This document shows, piece by piece, positions 1 to 10,923 of a stretch of DNA of 64,000 bases. The DNA comes from an uncultured Chloroflexia bacterium (GTDB lineage: Bacteria; Chloroflexota; Chloroflexia; QHBQ01; JADMIH01): positions 576,001-640,000 of the forward strand of contig CAWCNY010000005.1 of assembly GCA_963797095.1 (NCBI GenBank). Direction: 5' to 3'. The translations under genes and the position numbers were made by a program. Numbering within the stretch: the stretch's first letter is position 1; every line of letters begins with the position of its first letter. The notes under the pieces were generated by a model. That model was given only the letters and a program-made list of their open reading frames with translations. It searched no databases and was not told the origin of the DNA.

Positions 1-367
1 CGAGCAACTCCCGCGCCTCGTCCTCCTGGCTCTCAGGAACAAGCAGGTCCTGCGGCACAAAATCGTTGCCCGAAAACTGGGCAATATCCGCGCTGGGCGA
101 GCGCCGCATCAACACGGGAATGCCCGCGTCCTCAAGCTGGCTCTTGATCAGGCTGCCGATAATGGCGTTCGGCATGTTGGTGACTACTTTCCAGTGGGGA
201 TCGTCGTCTGGCCCGTAAGTGCCGCGACCGCCCTTGATTACATCCAAATGGGGCTGGTCACCCGAATCGATGGTTTCGGTGAGCACACCGCAATCAGGAC
301 AGATCTCTACCCACGGTTCGTAATCGTAACCGCACTTCGGACAGTAGTGCCGTTGCCTCGCGCTCAT
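1..367 (-). CDS. Zinc-ribbon plus DUF2007-like protein (3' end outside the window)
   Basis: Not in the ORF track. Hand translation from ATG 367 gives MSARQRHYCPKCGYDYEPWVEICPDCG...IIGSLIKSQLEDAGIPV...DLLVPESQEDEARELL, i.e. two CxxC plus a DUF2007-like motif. TGGTATAAT lies 6 nt upstream of the ATG. Confidence 0.7.
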   Translation of the reverse strand, partial: MSARQRHYCPKCGYDYEPWVEICPDCGVLTETIDSGDQPHLDVIKGGRGTYGPDDDPHWKVVTNMPNAIIGSLIKSQLEDAGIPVLMRRSPSADIAQFSGNDFVPQDLLVPESQEDEARELL

Positions 368-423
368 GACCCCATTATACCAGACGCACAATGAGCGCGA
401 CGGCGACGCTCTCTGGGGTTTAG

Positions 424-1987
424 CTAGGCTTTGTACAAAACTGGGTCAGTAACAAAGCGCGTAGGCGAGCCTATCCATGTCTGAGCGTGGCACTGATAAC
501 ACATCAGGGTCCTGGGCGGATGTTACATAATCGAAATTGCCCCATAACTCCCTGCGCACATCAGCCAGCACGTCCGAGAAGGTGGCCTCTGTTTTTGGAT
601 ACCACGCTGTTCGTAGCACAGGTATGTCTCCCGATGGATGTAGCTCCTGTCCTATCACCGCTACCAGGCTGTACAAACCCAACAGTCTTGGTGTGCTTCG
701 CTCTATCGCCAGATCTGACCATTGCCGTTGTTGTCTCTACTCCCATGTGCGCCCTGCTCTCCTCAATCGTCACCTCGATGGTCCACCTCCTGATGAAACT
801 GTGCACTACCTCTATTGCTTCTACTGCTTCCTCTTCGGGGTCGGGTGTGAAATAGGCTTTTGGTGGATAGTTACCGGAGGGGTCACGGGTCAGTACCCAT
901 CTGGGGGGTAATACCGCAGAGCTTGCCCTGTACCATACTCCTGTGCCACTCACCACCTCTAGCATTCGTTCGCGCCCGTCATACCAACATACCTTCATGG
1001 GCAACCATTGTGTGTGTGGATCGTCCAGCACCGTGCTCAATTTGGGTAATACTGCCCCTTTCACTCGTGGTCGACCCTTCTGACCCTTACCTTTAACCTT
1101 CCCCTTCCCCACCATCTTCCCACCGGTTATGTCAGGAGCAGGCACACAGGGCACACAGGGCACACAGGGCTCGTACAAGCGCGAATCCAGCCGTAAAGGA
1201 TAAAGGAGCCACCAGAGTGACCTTACGCCTGGTACAACAGAGCCCCAGTTCCAGGATCGAGTAGGCAGTATCACCAATCAGCTTCATGGGCACCACAGTT
1301 GCATCCGGGCACCAATGACGCACTGTGATTATCATTTGCTGAGCTATTTCTCCTATCGTTTTATGAGGATTGCCCTGCTTCTTGCTCACTTTGGGTGTGG
1401 TAGCCAGCACTGAAAAGAATGGGAGTGCCCACGATCTACGCGTCCAGGGTACTTGCACCACTGCCATCATTACCACCCACCTCAGGCCGCTTGATGAGAT
1501 CGCCTGATCCTTGCTCGATTTCATCTTATCTCGATAATGACCTCGTTTGGATATTTTGGAACCCCATCTACGCTCCAAGGTCTCGTCGATAACGATCTCG
1601 AGTGTACCTCCTGCGTGAATGAAGGTGCTGATAATCAATTGGAGAAGCAGACGGCTCATAGTGAGAGAGGACCAGCAAGCTCTATTGAGTACCTGGTGGT
1701 AGAGAGTGCAGTCTCCATCATCGTGTAAACCCATTTGCTTGAGAACGGCAGTGACGGTACTCCTGCCGCGGGCCAGGAGAGTGCCAATCACCAACACTTT
1801 AGCTTTGCGCCAGGTAGGGCGGGTGAAGGCTGGCCGGAAATGCTGAAGGACCTGTATAATCGGTGTGGGTAGGGACATCGTAAGTCTCCAAGTTTAGATA
1901 GAGCTGTGGTAGGCTACTATCTTACAACAAAGAGCTTATGGGTCCCTTTTCCCGCATTAATCCCCCTTATTTTTGTACAAAGTCCGG
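424..1987 (-). mobile_element. IS701-family insertion sequence, decayed
   Basis: Imperfect 17-bp terminal IRs with a perfect core CTTTGTACAAAA (429-440) and TTTTGTACAAAG (1971-1982). Direct repeat TTTAG at 419-423 and 1988-1992. Confidence 0.8.
446..1878 (-). pseudogene. IS701-family DDE transposase split over three frames
   Basis: ORFs 1132-1878, 561-1277 and 446-682 join into one transposase (IDETLERRWG, GDTAYS, RRWTIEVTIEESRAHMGVET). Frameshifts come from a 7-bp duplication TAAAGGA (1194-1207) and a 1-nt insertion near 740. Confidence 0.85.
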
Positions 1988-1988
1988 T

Positions 1989-4506
1989 TTAGGTCCTGCG
2001 CCTGACGGCCCGCCGGGGCAGCACAACAAGGATCACCAACCCCACCACCACCGCCAGCAATGATAGGAACGAGATCAAACTGCCCCACACCCACGAATCG
2101 GGCTTGAACTGCATCACAAGCGTGTGGGAACCTGCGTCCACTCGCACAGCCCTGAAAGCGTGATCCGCGATCTCGATGGGCACGCTTCTACCGTCCACGG
2201 TGGCTTGCCAGCCGGAATACCAGGCGTCGGTTAGCACCACCCAACCGGGCGCGTTCGCCTGTACATCTATCACGATATCCTCCGGCTGATACTGTGTCGC
2301 CATCACGTGCTCTGCACCCTCCGAGCCGCCTGCCGACGCTTCAACCGTGCTGGGTAGGTCGCTCCGCTCCGTAGTTCCAGCTTCGAGCAGCACCGTGTGC
2401 CTGGAGTCCACATCGAAATTGCGAATCCGCTCAACCGTATTGAACCCATCAGGCTCTACTATCATATCGTGCACCAGGAAGAGGCGAGGTACCGCGTTAG
2501 CATCCTGGTAGAGCTTGAAACCCTTGTAGGCATCTACCAGCTTCCACTTCAACGTGTTGGTAAGCTCAGTGCTGGCCGACACCACCCTTAAACTTGGCGC
2601 CAACGAGATCATACAAAGGCGAGTCGAAGTTCTTCTTGGCTATCGTCCATAAATAATCATATTTCTGTAGCTTGAGCGGGTTGAATGCCCCGCCTGCATC
2701 ATACACCTTCCCTTCCGGGTCCTCGCTTACCAGCAGCGCGGTTGACGGCTGCCACACGTTCTGTGCGTCCGAATCGCTATCTACTCTGTAGGGCACGCCC
2801 GTGGCGGGATCTCGCGTCTGCTTATAGACAGTGGAGCGCGCCCCGAACTCCTGGTAGCCCGACAGCAGGTTGTCGGTGGTGGGGTTGAACTGCGAGTTGG
2901 GTGAGAAGATGTCGAGCACAAGCAGCCCCACCATCCCCACGCTCAGCAGACCTGCGCCGACGCGCCCGCGCCAGGCGGCCCACCCCAGCCCCGCCAGCGC
3001 CCCGATCCAGAGGATCAATATACCCAGGTCGTTGATTGCCTGCGGGAGCCTGCTGTACTGCGCGCCTGACAGTTGAAGCGTCTGCGAAAAGAACAGCGGC
3101 ATCACAAAGAGCGCCGCCACACCCACCGCCACGCTCAGGCCGACTAACCACCACATGAGCGGTCTGCGCTTGTGCGCTTCGTCCGAGCGCAGATAGATTA
3201 GCACGCCGTCCAGGCCGAATGCTGCCAATCCCGCCAGCGCGAAGCCCAGCAAAATCAACGCACGACCGCTCGACCGCAATGAGCCGAAGCCCGGCAGGAA
3301 GCCGTAGATCCACGCCCCCGCGATAGAGAGGTCGCCCACCATGATAAGAAGCGCCGCGCCCGCCAGGATCGTGAAGAAGGCCAGCATCCTGCTACGGCGC
3401 AACACGAGGCCCGCCGCCGCCAGCGCCAGCGTCACCACGCCGTTGTAGCCCCAGTTCTCGGTGTTCTGCCAGTCGCCGGGCATATAGTTGCTGGGATTGC
3501 CGCCGTACACACGCGGCAGCAGCATGTTGAGCATGGTCAGTGGTTGGTCGGCATATGCCCCCGCCTCCTCATAGCTGATCGATGCGCGCACCGATTGCGA
3601 GCTAAGTTCCAGGCTTGGCAGCAGTTGGATGGCCCCCAGCCCCAGCATCACGACCAGGGCCAGCGCCCCCTTGCCCACCCACTCCGATGCCCCGCGAGCG
3701 GTGAGCGGCTTGCGGTCGAATAAGAGGAAGAGCCATAAAAGTCCGGCGGCAATCATGCAATAGGAGAATATCTGAACGTGCCCGGCAAGGAGGCCCATCG
3801 CCATGACCGCACCCGCGCCAACGGCCCACGCCCAACCGCCCGGACCATGCGTGTAATAGGCACGACGCAAGCAAAGGAGTATGGCAGGGAGCCACGCCGC
3901 CACCAGGATCATAGGGAGGTGCCCCAGGTGCGCCGTCATGAACCCGCAGAAGGCGAAGGCCACCCCGCCCGCAAGCGCGCCCGCCCGCCCTATGCGCAGA
4001 TCGCGCAGGAACACGTACATCAGCGCCGAAGCAAGCCAGTAGTGGAAGATCAGTAGCCACTCCAGCGAGCCGTAGTCTACCTTCACGAAGAGGTAGAGCA
4101 CCCAGTTGATCGGGTAGAAGAGGCTCGATTGCACATCGGCGGCCAGCGGCATCCCCGCAAATAGGTGCGGGTTCCAGAGCGGCAGCATACCTTGTTTTAT
4201 CTCGGAGGCCGCGTAGAGGTAGGTGGGGTAGTAGAAAGAGGCGATATCTCCCCCACCCTCAGGCATCATGATGCCGCTTTCGATAAGCACTCGCCAGAAG
4301 AAGCCGCCTGTCAATAGCGCCAGCAATCCCAGCCCCAGCACATCGAGGTGCAACGTGGGGCGTCGTCTATCTGCCCTGTGCCACAGGTAGGTGAGGGCCA
4401 GCGCCACCAAAAGGACGCCGAATATCAAGGCAACACCCCATATCTGCAACAGCCCGGGTAGCTGTTCGAGGACCTGCGCCGGTGGTGCCAGGAGCATGAA
4501 ACTCAT
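1989..4506 (-). CDS. YfhO-family polytopic membrane glycosyltransferase (GT-C-like), frameshifted near 2586
   Basis: The N part has PLWNPHLFAGMPLAAD and many TM helices; the C part has VVLTDAWYSGWQATVDG and a final TM. The two ORFs are collinear, offset by one extra base in a G run. Confidence 0.8.
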
Positions 4507-4516
4507 AAAGGGAAAT

Positions 4517-5566
4517 CTACCGCTTACCTATCGCCTGCGATTCGGGCTTGGCGGGCCGCGCCTCGGTGACTGCCAATCCGCCATCCGTAGTTTGCGCGCC
4601 ACCTGAGCCAAGCGCCGCGAAGTTGATCCCCTGCTGGATAGCCGCGATCACGCCCAATATAGCCACGGGCACCAGTCCCACGAAGTGGTAAATAATGGCG
4701 AATGCTCGGCTTGTATCGAGCGGTTGTCCAAGCGTGGTCAGCACCAGGATCACCGCCCCCTCGAATGTGCCCACGTAGCCCGGCGCTGACGGCACCGCCA
4801 TGCTCAGGTTAGTGATCACCACCAGCACAGCGGCCACTACCGGAGTCACCTCCACGTTGAACGCCAGCAGCATGAAATAGACGGTCACCATGTTGACAAG
4901 CCAGGTCGCCAGCGACCACAGTCCCAACTGCACCGCCAGCCCAGGATTGGAGAGCGGGGCAAGCCCCTGCAAGGCGTGATCTGTGCCCTCCGCGATGCGC
5001 GGGCCGAGGCGCGAAGGCAACCGCCCGGCCACCAGGCCGACCAGCCTGCGCGCCAGGTCGGGCCTTACGATCAGAGCAAGCAGCACCAGCGTAACCGCCA
5101 GCACCCCCACGCCCAGCAAGATCACCGGCCCCTGGTCGAAAGCCCCAGGCAGCGATACGAACGGCAGGCTGATCCCCAGCAACAGCAGCAGGGTCAGCAC
5201 ATCAAGCACCTTCTCCACCACTATAGTCGAGAAGACACGTGCCGCCGGTATGCCCGTACGTGCACTCGCGGCCGCCCCCCGCGCCACCTCGCCCAACCTG
5301 AACGGCAGCGGTATGTAGGAGATCATTAACAAACCAAAGAGCAAGCCGACCGGGGCGCGCTCCTCGTCGGGGTGGAACAGCACACGCCACCGCCACACCT
5401 TCGTCATGAAAGTGAGGATATACGGCACGATCATCAGCGCGAACGGCAGCCAGCGCACCCGCGTGAGCGCGTCCCACACGTCGCCCAGGTCGAACCCCTG
5501 GAACGCCAGGTAGAGCGCTGCCACGCTGATAAGTAGCCCTATCAATAAGAGAATAATGCGTCTCAA
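4517..5566 (-). CDS. Lysylphosphatidylglycerol synthase TM-domain / flippase-like protein (UPF0104)
   Basis: Motifs KVWRWRVL, PFRLGEVAR, EKVLD and PSAPGYVGTFE; about 8 TM helices. Confidence 0.85.
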   Translation of the reverse strand: MRRIILLLIGLLISVAALYLAFQGFDLGDVWDALTRVRWLPFALMIVPYILTFMTKVWRWRVLFHPDEERAPVGLLFGLLMISYIPLPFRLGEVARGAAASARTGIPAARVFSTIVVEKVLDVLTLLLLLGISLPFVSLPGAFDQGPVILLGVGVLAVTLVLLALIVRPDLARRLVGLVAGRLPSRLGPRIAEGTDHALQGLAPLSNPGLAVQLGLWSLATWLVNMVTVYFMLLAFNVEVTPVVAAVLVVITNLSMAVPSAPGYVGTFEGAVILVLTTLGQPLDTSRAFAIIYHFVGLVPVAILGVIAAIQQGINFAALGSGGAQTTDGGLAVTEARPAKPESQAIGKR

Positions 5567-5677
5567 TGTAACCGATTCGTCTTCAACAATCGCCCTGCGC
5601 TCTCTGCCTCATCTTTAACCTCCGCGACAAGCACAGGTTTCATGGAGCAAATGGTTGGATTGCCCTGTGCCCACACA

Positions 5678-6433
5678 CTACACCTTCAAAGCCCGCCGGT
5701 ATTTGGCGATCAATTCTTCGGCCTTCTTCCTGCTGTTGCTAACCAGGCTCTCCTGCAACAGGTCCCAGTTCGGGCGCTCGTGATAATCGAGGTGATAGAT
5801 CACGTTCTCGTCCTGCACGGTGGCTGACCGTCCAAGCAGAGGGAACAACTCCGTGAGGAAGGCGATCTCCCACACCTTGTTCCCCGACCGCTGCTTGTCT
5901 AGCACATCTACAGTCGAGTCGTAATAGTCGAGCAGTATGTTCCGCACCAACTTATCCTGCCGGAACACCCCACCCGGCGAGTAGTGCGGCCTCCCGCCCA
6001 GGGCAGTGCGCACGGTCCCGGCGTTCTTGCAATAAGGCGACAGCCACCCGTAGTCGGGGTTGCTCTCGATGTATTGAAGCATCTGGGTGATCGCCCCTGA
6101 GGGCATCACCACATCGTCGTCCATGAAGCAGATATTGGACCCACTGAGAGCCTCCAGCAATGTAAGCCGCCCCAGGCTGAACGCGCGCTTGTCGTCGTGC
6201 AAATGGTCGTATGTGCACCTTATTCCCCGGTCAGCCGCCAGCCGCAGCACCGACTGCACCTCTACCCTATCGATAATCGGCTGCGGAGCCGTGTCCACGA
6301 TATGTATGCGAATACGCTGTTCGTCCTGCAACAACAAAGAAGAAAGCGCCATCGAGAGCGTAGACTTCCCAATAGTAAGGATCCCGATCTCCATCAAAGG
6401 CGCGCTAACGCTGCCGTTCAAATTCACACTCAA
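5678..6433 (-). CDS. Glycosyltransferase family 2-like (GT-A fold); start approximate
   Basis: IHIVD and CFMDDDVV (DxD) motifs. The ORF-track start at 6523 overlaps vanZ, so a start near 6433 or later is more likely. Confidence 0.6.
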   Translation of the reverse strand: MSVNLNGSVSAPLMEIGILTIGKSTLSMALSSLLLQDEQRIRIHIVDTAPQPIIDRVEVQSVLRLAADRGIRCTYDHLHDDKRAFSLGRLTLLEALSGSNICFMDDDVVMPSGAITQMLQYIESNPDYGWLSPYCKNAGTVRTALGGRPHYSPGGVFRQDKLVRNILLDYYDSTVDVLDKQRSGNKVWEIAFLTELFPLLGRSATVQDENVIYHLDYHERPNWDLLQESLVSNSRKKAEELIAKYRRALKV

Positions 6434-6927
6434 ACCTCTACCCTTCCCCTCTTGCGCACGCGCACAATATACCATATCCCCAACGCCGCCGTTGCGGAAA
6501 GCCCATCCACCGCCACATCCCATATGTAGCCCACGCGCCTGGGCACGAACAACTGGTGGATCTCGTCAGTCATGGCATAGAGAGTGCTGACCAGCACCCC
6601 TACTTGCCACACCCGCAACAGCACGCGCCGGGTCGCCGGACCACTCCCCCAGCCTGTGAAATACGCCAGCAAGCCACGCCCCACCAGCAACGCCAGCACC
6701 GAGTACTCAAACACGTGGCCGCACTTGCGAAGCGCAAGCACCCACGGAGGCCCCTCGAACACAGTCCAGGTATTCTGCGACGACACGACGAAGATGGCCG
6801 CCGCCCACAGCACAGCGGGCCCCCACGCCAATGCAATCTCGCGCCAGGAAGGAGATACCATGTCGCCCCTATCAACTTCCCGCTGTTCGTCTGCATGCAT
6901 CATGACAACAAGTATACCAGCACCCAA
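6430..6927 (-). CDS. VanZ family membrane protein
   Basis: RKCGHVFEYSVL and YAMTDEIHQLFVPRR motifs. Confidence 0.9.
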   Translation of the reverse strand: MGAGILVVMMHADEQREVDRGDMVSPSWREIALAWGPAVLWAAAIFVVSSQNTWTVFEGPPWVLALRKCGHVFEYSVLALLVGRGLLAYFTGWGSGPATRRVLLRVWQVGVLVSTLYAMTDEIHQLFVPRRVGYIWDVAVDGLSATAALGIWYIVRVRKRGRVEV

Positions 6928-6968
6928 ACCCTACACCAACCTGATATACTGGGGGCGAAAAACCCCTA

Positions 6969-6997
6969 TGCAACCTTCCCCCACCAACCCACGTATA
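6969..6997 (+). promoter_or_regulatory. Putative ECF (SigW-type) autoregulatory promoter
   Basis: TGCAAC-N17-CGTATA just upstream of the ECF sigma gene. It resembles the B. subtilis SigW consensus TGAAAC-N16/17-CGTA. Confidence 0.55.
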
Positions 6998-7018
6998 TAG
7001 GGTGTATAGGGGAGATGC

Positions 7019-7939
7019 ATGATGACAACGCACTCAGGGGTAGCAGTTTCACATACAACTTTCGCGGTGTCCCTCGGTGACGTGGTGCGCGATAGACTTT
7101 CCGGCTGGCGTCACACCCTCACCGGCGAAGACGAGCGGTCCACCAGGGCCGCCTTCCAGATGCCGCTGGGAGCGGGCGGGCAGAGTAGCGCGGCCCACAC
7201 AGCCACTTCTACCGCCACGGCAACCGCCACTACCGCTACCGCCAGGCCAACAGAGGAGAAAGCAAGACCAGTGTCGACCGACAATGGGCGCGAAACATCC
7301 TCAGCTCTCAGTTCAGCCGACCAGGATCGCCTGGACGTCCGGGCTGCGCTGGCGGGCGACCAGTCGGCCTTTGCCGACCTCGTGACCCGCTACCAGTCTG
7401 CCGTGTACAACATGGCTTACCGCATGCTAGGCGACCCCACCGAGGCCGAGGATGCAGCCCAGGAAGTGTTCGTTCGCGCCTGGAACCAGCTACGCACTTT
7501 CCAGATCGACCGCCGCTTCTCCACGTGGCTCCTCTCCATAGCCTCCCACCACTGCATCGACATGCTACGTCGCCGGAAGCCGACCGCTCCCCTCGAAGGC
7601 GTTGCCCTCTTCCTGCCGTCCGATGCCCCTGAGCCTGATGAGCTGGCTTTGCAGGGCGAACAGCGAGATATGGTGCAGAAATTGCTTAACACTTTGCCTG
7701 AGAAATACCGCACAGTGACAGTCTTGCGCTATTATAATGACCTATCATATGACGAGATAGCCCGCGCTACCGGGCTGACGGAGAGCGCCGTGAAAACACA
7801 ACTCCACAGAGCCAGGCGTATGCTGGCCGAGCAATTGGTAGCCGCAGACCGGGCAAACAATAAGGGCGGGCAAGCTCTCCATAACACCGATCCCCCCACT
7901 CACAGACGAAGAAAGGAGGTGGGCCGAGATGATGCATGA
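7019..7939 (+). CDS. ECF sigma-70 factor (SigW-like) with a long low-complexity N-terminal extension
   Basis: Region 2 EAEDAAQEVFVRAW...FSTWLLSIASHHCID; region 4 LSYDEIA...VKTQLHRAR. Confidence 0.93.
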   Translation: MMTTHSGVAVSHTTFAVSLGDVVRDRLSGWRHTLTGEDERSTRAAFQMPLGAGGQSSAAHTATSTATATATTATARPTEEKARPVSTDNGRETSSALSSADQDRLDVRAALAGDQSAFADLVTRYQSAVYNMAYRMLGDPTEAEDAAQEVFVRAWNQLRTFQIDRRFSTWLLSIASHHCIDMLRRRKPTAPLEGVALFLPSDAPEPDELALQGEQRDMVQKLLNTLPEKYRTVTVLRYYNDLSYDEIARATGLTESAVKTQLHRARRMLAEQLVAADRANNKGGQALHNTDPPTHRRRKEVGRDDA

Positions 7940-8726
7940 AACATTTGATGAACTGATGTCGCTCAAGCTAGATGGCCTGATCGACGACTATGACGAACGT
8001 CGCCTTACCGAGCATGTTGGAGAATGCAACCACTGCGCGCAGATGTGGGCACTATTCCAGCAGGCTCACAGCATCCTGCAAGCCTCCGCGCTGGAGCCAC
8101 TGCCGGTTCCGTCTACCCTCCATTCGAAGGTGATGGTGCAGGTAGCGGCTCCCGCGCTCCAACCGCAGGTCGAAGTCGCAGGCAGCAAACCGTTTTTCTT
8201 ACCGGCCACCTCCACGGGCAGGCTAGGCGACACTCCCAGCCTCCTGGGCGTTGGGGTGCCTGCGATCCCTGCCCCTTCGGCGACGGGCGCGCTTGTTTCC
8301 CCGTATGCCCCTACACGCAGGCTCCCCTCGGCCCCCACTATAGGTCTCATTGATTTCGGTGCCGACTGGCAGGTCCGCGTGCTCAATTATCTCCGCAACA
8401 CAGTTGCCTTCATCCTCGCTATTGCGGGAATCACGGCTCTCCTGCTGGCCCTCACCATCTCCGGCGTAATCAAGCTGGGCGGCGCTTTCGGCGACGGCAT
8501 AAGCACCATCCGTACCCTCTTCGAGGCAGTCGGCGCGTGGTCCCAATCCCTATTCGCCACCTCCGGCTCGGTTCTCATCGCGGTAGTGGCCCTTGTCGGT
8601 GGCCTCCTCCTGCTCGTAGGCTGGCAGGTAGTGGCCGCCTATCAGCGTGCCGCCATCGAGGGCCGCAGCTACACCGGCGCGCTTACCGGTGCTCTCAACT
8701 CAGGCTCGCTGGAGGTAGCAGCCTGA
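7929..8726 (+). CDS. Zinc-binding anti-sigma factor (zf-HC2) with C-terminal TM helices
   Basis: HVGECNHC (HxxxCxxC) motif; overlaps the sigma stop codon; two hydrophobic segments. Confidence 0.85.
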   Translation: MMHETFDELMSLKLDGLIDDYDERRLTEHVGECNHCAQMWALFQQAHSILQASALEPLPVPSTLHSKVMVQVAAPALQPQVEVAGSKPFFLPATSTGRLGDTPSLLGVGVPAIPAPSATGALVSPYAPTRRLPSAPTIGLIDFGADWQVRVLNYLRNTVAFILAIAGITALLLALTISGVIKLGGAFGDGISTIRTLFEAVGAWSQSLFATSGSVLIAVVALVGGLLLLVGWQVVAAYQRAAIEGRSYTGALTGALNSGSLEVAA

Positions 8727-8735
8727 GACTGATAG

Positions 8736-8765
8736 TGCGGGGCGGGTTTCAACCCCGCCCCTGTC
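8736..8765. repeat. REP-like palindrome
   Basis: GGGGCGGG-tttcaac-CCCGCCCC hairpin between two genes. Confidence 0.5.
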
Positions 8766-8823
8766 ACACAAACGCAAAAGGTTTACAAAATAAGGCGTAC
8801 TAGCAAAGAGATAGCTGGATATT

Positions 8824-10062
8824 ATGACACTCAGCATAATTAGACGAATAGCAATCCTGCTCATGACAGTATGGGCCATCCTGATCACTTCGGTAGCCCT
8901 TACCGCCACACCCTCCGCCTTCGCGCAAAGCGAGTCCGGTGACACTGTCGTAGACCATGACCTGACAATTGACTCCGGCCAGACGTTGCAGGGCGACGTT
9001 AAAGTCAATGGCGGCGACCTCACGGTCTATGGCATCATCCAGGGCACAGCCAACGTGGTCGATGGCAACGCCGACATCAGCGGCCAGGTCCTGGGAGACC
9101 TCACCGTGCTTGGCGACGGCAATATCACCCTGGGCGAAGGAAGCTTCGTAGATGGCAACGTAATATCGGCGGGCAATATTGAGATCGATGATAACAGCCA
9201 CGTCACGGGCAGTGTCACATCGCTCGGCGGCAACATCTCCGTATCTGAAAGCGCCATCGTTGATGGCACTACAGGCAAAATCGACAATCCTGCTCAAGCT
9301 ATCGAGAACTTCATCAACTCGAACATGCCGCATACCTCCGGTTCTCCCTCCAACCTCGATGAGCAAATCGGCCCGTTCTCGCGCTTCTTCGGTTGGATTG
9401 GCCTGGGCATCTTTAGCGCGATAGTGCTGACCCTCGCCGTGGGTCTCACAGCCCTCGTGCCGCGTCGCATCCGCGTATCCAGCGTCACCCTTGAGTCCGA
9501 GCCTGGCCCTTCCGTAGTGGTAGGCGTAATCGCGGCCCTGCTCATCTTCCCGGTATTCGGCATAGCCACTATGGCCCTGGCGATCACCGTCGTTGGCATC
9601 GTCCTCATCCCTGTGCTTGCGCTGGCGGTCTTCCTTGCGTTCCTCTTCGGCTTCGTTGTAGTCAGTCAGTGGCTAGGCAAACGCCTGTACGAGAACGTCC
9701 GCCCCAATGATTCGCCCTTCGAATTGCGCCAATCTCAGTCGACCGCCATCGTTATTGAGGTACTATTGGGCGCGTCCGTGATCCTCGCTTCCATGACCTT
9801 CCCTGCTATCTTCCTTCCCGGCTGGATCACTGCTATGCTGCTCGGCATTATCTACCTCGTATCCTGCATAGGTATAGGCTCGGCCATCTTGAGCAAGCTA
9901 GGCACCCTCCAACCCCCCAGGCGCAACGGCCACAGGCGCACCATCATATATCCCACGCCCGTTCACAACCACTACGGCTCGGCCCTACCTCATACCCCGG
10001 TCCATGTCCACGGCAACACACGCCCCCTCGGACCCGTCCCCACCCTTCCCAAAGAAGAGTAA
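8824..10062 (+). CDS. Secreted beta-helix (polymer-forming/bactofilin-like) domain fused to a multi-TM C-terminal domain
   Basis: Signal peptide ending AFA, repeated GDV/GNV-x-GG beta-solenoid motifs, then 4-5 TM helices. This is a typical third gene of an ECF operon. Confidence 0.75.
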   Translation: MTLSIIRRIAILLMTVWAILITSVALTATPSAFAQSESGDTVVDHDLTIDSGQTLQGDVKVNGGDLTVYGIIQGTANVVDGNADISGQVLGDLTVLGDGNITLGEGSFVDGNVISAGNIEIDDNSHVTGSVTSLGGNISVSESAIVDGTTGKIDNPAQAIENFINSNMPHTSGSPSNLDEQIGPFSRFFGWIGLGIFSAIVLTLAVGLTALVPRRIRVSSVTLESEPGPSVVVGVIAALLIFPVFGIATMALAITVVGIVLIPVLALAVFLAFLFGFVVVSQWLGKRLYENVRPNDSPFELRQSQSTAIVIEVLLGASVILASMTFPAIFLPGWITAMLLGIIYLVSCIGIGSAILSKLGTLQPPRRNGHRRTIIYPTPVHNHYGSALPHTPVHVHGNTRPLGPVPTLPKEE

Positions 10063-10224
10063 ACAGCGCTTCAAAAACTGTACTTAAGTACAACCCAAAA
10101 CCTGTCCAGTTTTGTCCCACCAATGCCCTTTAGTTAATGAGGGAGATCCAACCCTCTAGCACCGAAAGATCGCCAAAAACAGCGGAGATAACGGAAAACC
10201 TGTACCAAAGTCTACATTTCACGC

Positions 10225-10923
10225 TCAAACGATCTCAATAATCTCGTCCAGGCGCTTGCGCCGCAAATCGGGAACCATGCACCCCGCCGCCGGATAACCC
10301 ACAGGCAGCAACAGGAACGGCTTTTCGTTGCGCGGTCTCCCCAGGATGCGGTTCAGGAACCCCATAGGGTTCGGCGTATGCGTCACGCTGACCACCCCCG
10401 CCTGGTGCAGGCTTGCGATTAGCAGCCCCACCGCCAGGCCCACCGACTCTTTCACGTAATAGTGCTTGATGTGCCGCTCAGGCTCGCCAGGCGCACTCCC
10501 AGGCTCTACCCCGTAATCTATCTGGAACACCACTATCAGATAGGGCGCATCGTCAAGGAAATCCTTGTGCCAGTCGGTTCCCAACCGGGCCAGGGCATGC
10601 TTCCACTCGTCCGGGAAACGGCGCTCGTAGTTATCACGCTCCTCCGCTTCGGCAGCTTCACGTATCGCGTGCTTAACCTCCGGGTTATGCACCACCACAA
10701 ACCGCCAGGGCTGCTGGTGCGCCCCCGAAGGCGCGGTATTGGCTGTCTCTATCGCGCTCAAGATCAACTCAAGGGGAGGCACCCGCCCAGGAGCGAAATG
10801 CCGCACAGTCCGCCTCTTCCTCATAACATTGAGGAAGTCACGGCTCCGTTCCAATGCTTCGTCCTCCGGCACCGCTTCGTATTCTAGAGGTACATACACA
10901 GCCTCAGGATATTGCTCTATCAT
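10225..10923 (-). CDS. Nitroreductase-fold flavoprotein, iodotyrosine deiodinase (IYD)-like
   Basis: RRTVRHF, APSGAHQQPW, EERDNY, DWHKDFL, YYVKESVG, THTPNPMGFL and LLPVGYP. Confidence 0.8.
   Translation of the reverse strand: MIEQYPEAVYVPLEYEAVPEDEALERSRDFLNVMRKRRTVRHFAPGRVPPLELILSAIETANTAPSGAHQQPWRFVVVHNPEVKHAIREAAEAEERDNYERRFPDEWKHALARLGTDWHKDFLDDAPYLIVVFQIDYGVEPGSAPGEPERHIKHYYVKESVGLAVGLLIASLHQAGVVSVTHTPNPMGFLNRILGRPRNEKPFLLLPVGYPAAGCMVPDLRRKRLDEIIEIV

Noticed and set aside
10063-10224. AT-rich spacer sharing CTGGACAGG-like words with 23880-23910
   Set aside because: The matches are too short, and no TIR or target duplication could be defined.
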